Source: Candidatus Brocadiia bacterium (GTDB lineage Bacteria > Planctomycetota > Brocadiia > CAIUPP01). Taken from it: a stretch of 64,000 nt of DNA. The notes under the pieces were generated by a model. That model searched no databases and was not told the DNA's origin. It worked only from the letters and a program-made list of their open reading frames with translations. Shown here one piece after another: positions 53,732-61,835 of this stretch (position 1 is the first letter of the stretch; the number at the start of each line of letters is the position of its first letter). The stretch is from NCBI GenBank assembly GCA_050015075.1, contig JBEKCB010000023.1:1-64000 (forward strand). Direction: 5' to 3'. The translations under genes and the position numbers were made by a program.

Positions 53732-55369
53732 ATGGAGAAGCAGCCCACACCGATGGAGTTGTTGCTCAAACGCGGGAAAGAGCGCGGGTTCCTGACCTAC
53801 GAGGAGCTCAACGACTGCCTGCCCGACGATACCGTTTCGCCGGAGAAGATTGACGAGATCCTGATGCAGCTCGACGAAATGGGCATTGACCTGGTGGACG
53901 AGACGGATGTCGAAGGCCGCGCGGCGCCGGCCGAGCCGGTCGAACCGCCCGGCGCCTGGGAAGAGGAAGTCGAACCGCCGCCGGGCGCGCGGATTGACGA
54001 CCCGGTGCGCATCTACCTGACGCAGATGGGCGAAATCCCGCTGCTCTCGCGCGAGGAGGAAATCCGCCTCGCGAAGAAGATCGAGATCACCCGCAAGCGG
54101 TTCCGCACCAAGCTGCTCGAATCGGACTTCGTGCTGAGCCATTGCCTGACGATCCTCGACGGCGTCAGCGAGGGCGAGCAGCCGTTCGACCGCACGCTGC
54201 ACTTCGACTCGACCGAGGAACATGACCGCGAGGAAATCTCCAAGCGGCTCATCGAGAACGTCAAGACGCTCAACCGCATGCTCGAGCGGAACAAAGTGGA
54301 CTTCCGCGAGCTGGAGCGCCCGCGCGTGGCCGCGCGCCGCCGCGTGGCAATCCTGCTGCAGATGCGCACGCGCCGCCGGCGCGGCGTGCGCCTGCTTGAG
54401 GAAGTCAGCATCCGCACGCGCAAGGTGCAGCACCTGATGATGCGCCTGCGCGAAATCTCCGACCGGATGGACGCCCTCCAGAAGGAGATCGAGCGCGCGC
54501 AGAAGTCCGGCAAGGACGCCGACCGCCTCCAGCGCGCCGAGCAGGAACTCGACCAACTCCAATGGCAGGTCGTCGAGGAGCCCGGCTCGCTCCTGCGCCG
54601 CGTCGAGGCCGTGGACCGCCGCTTCGACGAGTACGAGGACGCCAAGCGCCGGCTCTCCGCCGGAAACCTGCGCCTGGTCGTCAGCATCGCCAAGAAATAT
54701 CGCAACCGCGGGATGTCCTTCCTCGACCTGATCCAGGAAGGCAACACCGGCCTCATGCGCGCGGTGGACAAGTACGAGTATAAGCGCGGCTACAAATTCA
54801 GCACGTATGCCACCTGGTGGATCCGCCAGGCGATCACGCGCTCCATCGCCGACCAAGCCCGCACGATTCGCATCCCCGTCCACATGATCGAGACGATGAG
54901 CAAGCTGCGCAATGTCTCGAAGACCCTGGTGCAGGAACTCGGCCGCGAGCCCTCGATCGAGGAGATCGCCGGCCGCGCGGCGCTCTCCGTCGGCGAGACG
55001 CGCCGCGTGCTCAAGATTTCGCGCCACCCGATCTCGCTGGACCGTCCGGTCGGCGAAAGCGAGGACAGCTACTTCGGCGATTTCATCGAGGACGAGACGG
55101 CGGAGTCGCCCATCAGCGCCGCTTCGCAGGGAATGCTCAAGGACAAGATCGAGGCGGTCCTGAACACGCTGACGCGCCGGGAGCGCGAGATCATCAAGCT
55201 GCGTTACGGCATCGGCGACGGATACACGTACACGCTCGAGGAAGTCGGCCGGGTCTTCAACGTCACGCGCGAGCGCGTGCGCCAGATCGAGGCGAAGGCC
55301 ATCCGCAAGCTCCAGCACCCTGTGCGCGCGAGAAGGCTGGAAGGGTTCCTTGAGGGAATCCGCGGATAG
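53732..55369 (+). CDS. rpoD: Primary sigma factor RpoD
   Basis: Region 1.1, [41 protein letters not shown] and [17 protein letters not shown]. Confidence 0.96.
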   Translation: MEKQPTPMELLLKRGKERGFLTYEELNDCLPDDTVSPEKIDEILMQLDEMGIDLVDETDVEGRAAPAEPVEPPGAWEEEVEPPPGARIDDPVRIYLTQMGEIPLLSREEEIRLAKKIEITRKRFRTKLLESDFVLSHCLTILDGVSEGEQPFDRTLHFDSTEEHDREEISKRLIENVKTLNRMLERNKVDFRELERPRVAARRRVAILLQMRTRRRRGVRLLEEVSIRTRKVQHLMMRLREISDRMDALQKEIERAQKSGKDADRLQRAEQELDQLQWQVVEEPGSLLRRVEAVDRRFDEYEDAKRRLSAGNLRLVVSIAKKYRNRGMSFLDLIQEGNTGLMRAVDKYEYKRGYKFSTYATWWIRQAITRSIADQARTIRIPVHMIETMSKLRNVSKTLVQELGREPSIEEIAGRAALSVGETRRVLKISRHPISLDRPVGESEDSYFGDFIEDETAESPISAASQGMLKDKIEAVLNTLTRREREIIKLRYGIGDGYTYTLEEVGRVFNVTRERVRQIEAKAIRKLQHPVRARRLEGFLEGIRG

Positions 55370-55374
55370 CCGCC

Positions 55375-55465
55375 AATCGTACTCGTCCTCGTCGTCATCC
55401 TCGTCCTCGGACGTTCGTTAAGCGCGTTCGAAGACGAGGATGAGAACGCTAGGACGAGGACGATT
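55375..55465. repeat. REP-like (CGTCCT)n/(AGGACG)n hairpin, copy 2
   Basis: AATCGTACTCGTCCTCGTCGTCATCCTCGTCCTCG ... GAGAACGCTAGGACGAGGACGATT between convergent rpoD and accA. Confidence 0.8.
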
Positions 55466-55496
55466 ATGGCAAGGACGGTGCGCTGACCGCTTGCTG

Positions 55497-56591
55497 TCAG
55501 GCGTTCGCCGCAGGCTTGTCGTTCTTCGCGGCTGCGGCGGAAGCAGGGGCTTCGGCGGGGTTGGGCTTGCGCCTCGGCTTGCGGGCGGCTGCGGCCGTTG
55601 GCGCGGCCGGCTGGCCCGGGCTGACCTCTTTGCGACCTTCCAGGAAGTATCCGATCCGGCGGTATTTCTGGTAACGCAATTCCAGCAGACGGTCCACCGG
55701 AAGGGCGAGCAGTTCGGCCAGCCCGCGCGAGATGACCTTTTTCAGGTTCTCCGCCATCAGGGCGGGATCGTTGTGCGCGCCGCCGGGGGGCTCGGGGACG
55801 ATCTCGTCCATGATGCCCAGCCCGACGAGGTCGTTCGCGGTGAGCTTGAGCGCTTCGGCGGCCTTGGGGGCGTCGTCACCGGAACGCCAGAGGATCGCGG
55901 CGCAGCCCTCGGGCGAGATGACCGAGTAGTAAGCGTATTCGGAGATGATGAGCCGGTCGCCGGTGCCCAGGCCGAGCGCGCCGCCGCTGCCGCCTTCGCC
56001 GATGACCACGCTGAGCAGGGGGGTGCGCAGGCGCGACATCTCCATCAGGTTGACCGCGATCGCCTCCGCGACGCCGCGCTCCTCGGACCCGATGCCCGGA
56101 TACGCGCCCATGGTGTCAATGAACGTGACGACGGGAAGCTGGAATTTCTCGGCCAGTTTCATCGCGCGCAGCGCCTTGCGGTAGCCTTCCGGATGCGGCA
56201 TGCCGAAGTTGCATGCGAGCTTCTCCTTGGTCGTGTGCCCCTTCTGCTGGCCGACGAAGACGACGCGCTCGGATCCAACGCGCGCGAAGCCGGCGATCAC
56301 CGCCTTGTCGTCGCCGAACCGCCGGTCGCCGTGGATGTCCAGAAAGTCCTCGAAGACGAGGCCGATGTACTCGGCCGACGTGGGCCGCGAAGGATGGCGC
56401 GCGATGCGCACCCGGTCCCAGGCGGAGAGCTGCGAGAAGATTTTCTGGATGACCGCCAGCCTCTGCGCCTCGAGGTCGCGGATCTCTTTTTCGAATTCGG
56501 GTCCCTTGGCGGCGGGATCGGAACGCCTCAACTCGATCTGGCGCTCGATCTCGCGGATCGGTTCTTCGAACGGCAGCGTGTACTTGTCCAT
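55497..56591 (-). CDS. accA: Acetyl-CoA carboxylase carboxyltransferase alpha subunit
   Basis: ARHPSRP, HGDRRFGDD, NFGMPHPEGYRKA, GEGGSGGAL and YSVISPEGCAAILW. Confidence 0.97.
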   Translation of the reverse strand: MDKYTLPFEEPIREIERQIELRRSDPAAKGPEFEKEIRDLEAQRLAVIQKIFSQLSAWDRVRIARHPSRPTSAEYIGLVFEDFLDIHGDRRFGDDKAVIAGFARVGSERVVFVGQQKGHTTKEKLACNFGMPHPEGYRKALRAMKLAEKFQLPVVTFIDTMGAYPGIGSEERGVAEAIAVNLMEMSRLRTPLLSVVIGEGGSGGALGLGTGDRLIISEYAYYSVISPEGCAAILWRSGDDAPKAAEALKLTANDLVGLGIMDEIVPEPPGGAHNDPALMAENLKKVISRGLAELLALPVDRLLELRYQKYRRIGYFLEGRKEVSPGQPAAPTAAAARKPRRKPNPAEAPASAAAAKNDKPAANA

Positions 56592-56682
56592 TCATCCTCC
56601 AGATGTTGGCGCCGACATTGTATCACCGTCCGCGCGCGAATCAATCCTTAGTTTTCCCGGACGCACGTCGCGGAGCAACATT

Positions 56683-58008
56683 TCACAGCACCTTGTGTCC
56701 TTCGACAAAGGTATGCTTGACCTGAATCTGCCAATCGCCGGGCTTTCCCTTCAGGCCCGCCAGGACCAGATCCGCGCACCGGCCCGGCTCGATCGTGCCG
56801 GAGTCCCGGGCAAGCGGCGCGGCGCCGGCCGGCCGATCCATGCCGGTGACGTGCGCCGCATTCGTGGCGCAGGCGCGGGCCGCCGCCATGAGCGCCTCGT
56901 CGAGCTTCCACGCCCGGTGCCGCGCGTGCCATACGCCGTCCATGTCCTGCGTCAGCCAGCTCAGGAGATTGCTGAAGGCGCGCGACATGGTCAGCACGCT
57001 GCCGAACAGCGTCTGCTGGCTGCCTTTGAGCCGGAGGTAGTCGCCAGCAGGAGCGAACTCGCCCTCGTTCCCCATGACTGTGAAGGAGCGGATGCCTTGC
57101 GCGCCGGTGACGAACATGGCGTCGGTCACGACGATGATCCGGCCGATGCCCTTGCGCTCGATGACGTCGCGGACGTACGCGGGGGCGACGTGAAAGCCGT
57201 CGCAGATCAGCTCGGCGTAAATCTCGCGGCTGCCGAGGACGGCTTCGACGACGTTGCCGCCGTGGAACGGCTTGAAGGAACTGCCGGTGGGGCCGTTGAG
57301 GAAATGGATCGCCACGCGAAGGCCGTTCCCGGCGGCGCGGAGCACCTCGTCGGCATCGCACGCGCTGTGCCCGGCGCCGACGAGCACGCCCAGCTCGACC
57401 AGGCGGCGCGCCAGATCCTCCGCCGGCTTCCCGAACTCGGGGACGATGTTGACGTACGAGATGTGGCCGCGCGCGGCGCGGTTGAGCCGTTCGAAGAGCC
57501 GCCGGTCGGGCGCGCGGAAGTTCTCCGGGTTCTGCGCGCCGGCCTGTCCGGGCTTCTGGATGAACGTGCCCTCGATCAGCGCGCCTTCCAGCCGCGCGCC
57601 GTGCCGGCCGTTCAGCGGGTCCGCGACGTAGTCGGCCATGTGCGAAAGCGCCCGTTCGAGGTCCTTCATCGGCGCGGCGACCGTCGCAAGCATCACGCGC
57701 GTGGCGCCGTTCCGGGCGAAGTGCTTCATCAGTCTCGGGAAGCCTTCGGTATAGGCCGAAGGCGAAGCGTCGAACCGCTTTTCCTTCGCGTCGAACCGCC
57801 CGCAGGTCAGATCGAGCCCGGTCCCGCCGTGGACGTGGATATCCACGAATCCGGGCAGCGCGCAGAGTCCTGCGCCGGAAATAACCTTCGCGCCGGGCGC
57901 GCGCCCGACCTTGCCCGTGGCGGCGATGCGGCCATTCTCGATCAGCAGGTCGCCTTCGGAGACTTCGTGCCTGCCCACAATCCGGACGCGGCGGATGACG
58001 TAGTCCAT
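56683..58008 (-). CDS. nagA: N-acetylglucosamine-6-phosphate deacetylase (amidohydrolase)
   Basis: PGFVDIHVHG, EGTFI, GAQ, GAGHS, HFLN, ELICDGFHV, VTDAM and G.IEPGRCADLV; start MDYVIR with a GGAGG SD. Confidence 0.8.
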   Translation of the reverse strand: MDYVIRRVRIVGRHEVSEGDLLIENGRIAATGKVGRAPGAKVISGAGLCALPGFVDIHVHGGTGLDLTCGRFDAKEKRFDASPSAYTEGFPRLMKHFARNGATRVMLATVAAPMKDLERALSHMADYVADPLNGRHGARLEGALIEGTFIQKPGQAGAQNPENFRAPDRRLFERLNRAARGHISYVNIVPEFGKPAEDLARRLVELGVLVGAGHSACDADEVLRAAGNGLRVAIHFLNGPTGSSFKPFHGGNVVEAVLGSREIYAELICDGFHVAPAYVRDVIERKGIGRIIVVTDAMFVTGAQGIRSFTVMGNEGEFAPAGDYLRLKGSQQTLFGSVLTMSRAFSNLLSWLTQDMDGVWHARHRAWKLDEALMAAARACATNAAHVTGMDRPAGAAPLARDSGTIEPGRCADLVLAGLKGKPGDWQIQVKHTFVEGHKVL

Positions 58009-58054
58009 TGCAAGGCCTCCTGACTTCGTGAGGCAGGGACGCCAGGGACAGAGT

Positions 58055-58083
58055 ATGATAGCGGGGCAGGGCGCGGGCGTCAA
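58055..58083 (-). promoter_or_regulatory. nagA promoter
   Basis: Minus strand TTGACG (58083-58078), 17 bp, TATCAT (58060-58055). Confidence 0.6.
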
Positions 58084-58090
58084 AGCCTGG

Positions 58091-58228
58091 TGCTTCCTTG
58101 TGGAAATAGGCGTCCTATTTCCGCAAGGAAGCATGACCGCAATAAGCCGCGTCATTATGCCGAGTCATACGTTCCGTCGGGCCGTGTTTAGTTGCGTAAA
58201 TTGGTACGCCAATTTACGCAACTAAACA
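58091..58228. mobile_element. 138-bp double-palindrome MITE-like element, copy B (inverted relative to A), flanked by CTGG repeats
   Basis: Palindromes TGCTTCCTTGTGGAAATAGG-cgt-CCTATTTCCGCAAGGAAGCA and TGTTTAGTTGCGTAAATTGG-tacg-CCAATTTACGCAACTAAACA; CTGG at 58087-58090 and 58229-58232. Confidence 0.75.
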
Positions 58229-58233
58229 CTGGC

Positions 58234-58262
58234 TTGACACTCGGCGCGGTTGCCGATAATCT
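58234..58262 (+). promoter_or_regulatory. Promoter of the CAP-domain gene
   Basis: TTGACA, 17 bp, TAATCT. Confidence 0.55.
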
Positions 58263-58304
58263 TGATGGAAAGTCTGGTCGCTCACCTTTCGGAGATGCCC
58301 GCCG

Positions 58305-59876
58305 GTGAAACTGCGCCGATTGCTGTCCCTCGCCGTCTCGGCCATGACGTGCAGTCTGGTGATGGGTTCGTGGGCCGCGGCGCTGCCGGTGGCGGTTGCG
58401 TATCCCGGACTGAATAACGCTCTCTCGGCGCCGAGCGCGCCCGAAGCGCGGTTGCTCGAAATGATCCAGCAGGCCCGGGATGCGCACAACTTGCCGCGGC
58501 TGACCTGGGACGCCATGACTTCCGCCGTAGCGCGCGAGCAGTCGGAAGACATGGCGAATAACGACTACGACGACTACGTTTCTCCGCGGCTCGGGACGCT
58601 GGAATACCGGCTCCACCGCGCCGGAGTCTCCGCCGGGAACGCCCAGTTCGCGGTCTATCGCATGCCTTCGATCGCCGCGGTGATGGAGAGTCTTCAGAAA
58701 ACGCAGTTGAACCTCAAAGACTCGGTGACCGACATCGGTATCGGAGTCGCCGAGCGGGGCCCGCAGGAATTTTTGGTGACGCTCATCCTCTATGAGAAGC
58801 ATTCCCAGTTGGACCCGTTTCCGACGCTGCCGATCCTGGGGGCGGAATATCGCCTCTCCGGCCGGCTGGAGAGCGGCCTCGAGAAGCCCTTCCTGGTGGT
58901 GACGACGCCGGATGGACGCGTGACGGAACACCCGCTCAAGTTGTCCGCCGCCCGCCGGTTCGAGAGCACCGTCCGCTTCGACAAGGGAAGCGGCGAGTAC
59001 AGCGTGGAAATCACCGCCAGCGCCAGCCTCGGCCCGACGGTGGTGGACCTGATGCACTGCTACGCCGGCGTGGAGTATCCGCCGCCGGTGATCCCGCCGA
59101 AGAAAGTCCCAATTTCCGCCGACCTTCGCGAGGGCGCGCAACTGATGTTCGAGCTGATCAACAAGGCCCGCGCCGAGGCCCATGTGCCGCCGCTGACCTA
59201 CGACGACGGCCTGTCGGAGACCGCTCGCGCCCACAGCGAGGACATGTTCCAGAACAAGTATTTCGCGCATGATTCGCCGACGGTCGGCAACCTCGCCGAG
59301 CGGATGGCGAAGGCCGGCATCAGGGCGAAAAAGTTCTGCGAGAACATCGCGGACAACCAGGACCTGCTCGCCGCGCACCAGGAACTGATGGACAGTCCCG
59401 GCCACCGGAAGGATATTCTGGACCCGGACCTGACCCGCGTCGGCGTCGGCATTGTTCGAGCCGAGAACGGGCAACTGCTCGTGACGGAGGATTTCATGGA
59501 GGACTTCCAGACGTACGACACCTCCGTGCTGGCGGCGCAGTTGATCCAGGGCCTGAACACGGCCCGCGGCAACAACGGGCTCGCCTGGCTGACGGAATCC
59601 TCCACGTTGTCGGACGTCGCGCTCGAGAACTCGCGTGCGATGATGGCCAACGGCAAGCTGGACCAGAGTAAGGTCAAGGCGCTCATCTCGCAGAAGAGGT
59701 TGCGAGTGCGGTACGTCCAGGCATTGATGTTCGAATCGGCCGACCCCGCCGCGCCCGCGCAGATGGCCGAAGCCCTGAAGGCGCGTTATCAGGAAGTCGG
59801 CGTGGGAATCGTCCAGGACACTTCGCCGTCGGGCGCCAAAATATTGTGGACGACGGTGCTGCTGGGAGAACGGTAA
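58305..59876 (+). CDS. Secreted protein with three CAP/SCP-like domains
   Basis: Signal peptide; central canonical CAP (INKARAE...ARAHSEDM...YFAHDSP...ENIA...MDSPGHRKDIL...VGVG) flanked by two degenerate copies. Confidence 0.85.
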   Translation: MKLRRLLSLAVSAMTCSLVMGSWAAALPVAVAYPGLNNALSAPSAPEARLLEMIQQARDAHNLPRLTWDAMTSAVAREQSEDMANNDYDDYVSPRLGTLEYRLHRAGVSAGNAQFAVYRMPSIAAVMESLQKTQLNLKDSVTDIGIGVAERGPQEFLVTLILYEKHSQLDPFPTLPILGAEYRLSGRLESGLEKPFLVVTTPDGRVTEHPLKLSAARRFESTVRFDKGSGEYSVEITASASLGPTVVDLMHCYAGVEYPPPVIPPKKVPISADLREGAQLMFELINKARAEAHVPPLTYDDGLSETARAHSEDMFQNKYFAHDSPTVGNLAERMAKAGIRAKKFCENIADNQDLLAAHQELMDSPGHRKDILDPDLTRVGVGIVRAENGQLLVTEDFMEDFQTYDTSVLAAQLIQGLNTARGNNGLAWLTESSTLSDVALENSRAMMANGKLDQSKVKALISQKRLRVRYVQALMFESADPAAPAQMAEALKARYQEVGVGIVQDTSPSGAKILWTTVLLGER

Positions 59877-61498
59877 TGTCAGCGCGGTTCCCGGCGACGA
59901 TTCTGCTGGGCCTTGTGCTCATGGGCGCGTCCGCGATCGGCCACGCTGCGGCCGGCCGCGAGAGGGCGGAATCTCTTCCGCCGGACTGCCTGGCCATCAC
60001 CGTGATCGCCGATGCCGGCGCGGCGCTCCAGCGCGCGGACAATATCCTCTCGGCACTGGAAGGCAAGCCGGCTGACGGCTCGTTGCGAACAGGGCTGGGC
60101 GAGCTGATCCGAAACCCGGACTTCGCCGGCGTGGACCTTTCGGCGCCGCTCCGCTTCTTTTACATGAACCCGAAACTCTTTCCGCGCCCGTGGGTTTATC
60201 AGTTCGGCGTGACCGATCCTGCCGCCTTGAAAAAGGCCATGTCGGCGAACAGGCCGGAGGCGCAGGAGGGCGAAGCAGCGCTGCGGCTGGAAGGCCGACA
60301 GGCCACCTGGTCGCTGGATGCGAAAGCCGCGGAGAGCGTGATTCAATGGCAGAAGGGCGGCGGCAAGCTGCCCGAGTTCCGCGCGGCGGGCCAGTTCCAG
60401 GCGCGCCTCGACGTCCAGGGGTTTCTGCGCGCGTCAGATGCCGAATTCGCAGACGCAATCCCGCTGATGAAAGACCGTATCCGCCAGGCGCTCGAGCGCG
60501 GCGGCCGGACCGGCCCCGCGGTCGAGCAGGAGATTGCCGCCGTCCAGGCGCAGTTGGACACCGCCGTCGCGGCCCTCCGGCAGATGCGGGACGTGGACTT
60601 CGCGCTCGAACTCGACCCCGCGTTCGTCCGCGTCGGGCTGGACGTCCGCCTGGCGGATTCCGCGCCGCTGAGGGTGCTGTTCCGCTCGCACGCGCCCGGC
60701 GACGTGGGCCTGCTCGGTCTCTGCCCTCCGGAGGCGGGCCTGGTCGTCGTGAACAACCTGTCGTTCGTGAAGGCCGCCGGGCAAATGCTGCTGAACATGG
60801 CGGGATGGACTTCCCCGGAAAAGTCCGAGCAGGGCGCCGGCTCCGGACACAGGGCGCTGGCGCTCTTTCTGTCGCAGCAGCCGGGCGAAGCGAACGCGCC
60901 GACGCGCGTGGAGATTCTGGATCTGCGCGATGGGGACCAGGCGATGGAAGCACGGCAGCAATGGGACCGTCTCGCGCGCCCAGCGTCTGAACCGGCGATC
61001 CCCGATCACGCCGGAGGCGAGCCGTTCACTCTGCATCCGGTCAGCGCCGGGGAACCGGAGCCGGCAGGCGTGCGCCTGGCCGAGATCGTGCCGGACGAGG
61101 CGACGCTGCAGCCGAAAGGCCTGGCGGCGTTCCGACGATTCCTGGGCAGCCGCGTGCAGGCCGCGCAAGAGTGCCGCGGCGATACCTGCATCACCGCCAT
61201 CGGCGGCTCTCCGGTGGAGCGGGTGCGCCAGGCCGAGGCTCTCGTGGAAGCGAAGAAAGACTCGCTGGCGGCTTCCTCCCGCTTCCGGAGGAGCATCGCC
61301 TCGTTGCCGGAGAAACCGAACTTGCTGGTCTACATTTCTCCCGATGCGCTTCGACGGTGGCTCGCTCTCGGCGGCCGCGCCTCCTCCGAGCCGATCCCCG
61401 CCGACGCGATGGGGCTGGCCGCCGGCCTGACGATTGGCGGCGATGGCGTCCGCTTCGTCCTCAAGTTCCCCACCGCCGGCATCCTCGGCGCGCAGTGA
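59876..61498 (+). CDS. Hypothetical secreted protein
   Basis: Signal peptide MSARFPATILLGLVLMGASAIGHAAA; ATG overlaps the upstream stop (TAATG); host-like codon usage. Confidence 0.7.
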   Translation: MSARFPATILLGLVLMGASAIGHAAAGRERAESLPPDCLAITVIADAGAALQRADNILSALEGKPADGSLRTGLGELIRNPDFAGVDLSAPLRFFYMNPKLFPRPWVYQFGVTDPAALKKAMSANRPEAQEGEAALRLEGRQATWSLDAKAAESVIQWQKGGGKLPEFRAAGQFQARLDVQGFLRASDAEFADAIPLMKDRIRQALERGGRTGPAVEQEIAAVQAQLDTAVAALRQMRDVDFALELDPAFVRVGLDVRLADSAPLRVLFRSHAPGDVGLLGLCPPEAGLVVVNNLSFVKAAGQMLLNMAGWTSPEKSEQGAGSGHRALALFLSQQPGEANAPTRVEILDLRDGDQAMEARQQWDRLARPASEPAIPDHAGGEPFTLHPVSAGEPEPAGVRLAEIVPDEATLQPKGLAAFRRFLGSRVQAAQECRGDTCITAIGGSPVERVRQAEALVEAKKDSLAASSRFRRSIASLPEKPNLLVYISPDALRRWLALGGRASSEPIPADAMGLAAGLTIGGDGVRFVLKFPTAGILGAQ

Positions 61499-61835
61499 TT
61501 CGGCGCGCGGCGGCGCGTCTTTCGGTGTGGCAATTCCCGGCGCAGTCCCTGGCCGTGTCGGATCTGCCCACACTTTCCCGGCCGGTCAAGGGATTTCGCG
61601 ATTTCGTATCTTCCACGCGCATCAGGGTTTCCCCAATACGCGGCGTGGCACGCGGCTTGCTATATATTCCATGAGGCGCTTTGTGCGTTGCGCCTTGCAG
61701 GCGCTGTCTTATAAAAGATTTTTGAAAAAAACCTGTTGAGAAAAAGAGCATCCCGTGGTACACTCGCTGCCACGTTTGGGCCGGCTCCATGGTCAGCGGC
61801 TCATCCTCCTTTCTTTAGAGTCGTGAGGATTATTT

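Noticed and set aside
53360-55318. Long antisense and alternative-frame ORFs (this one opposite rpoD; also 40376-42103, 48270-50111, 43532-45313 and many others)
   Set aside because: They are expected shadows of high-GC codon bias opposite well-supported genes and show no recognisable motifs.
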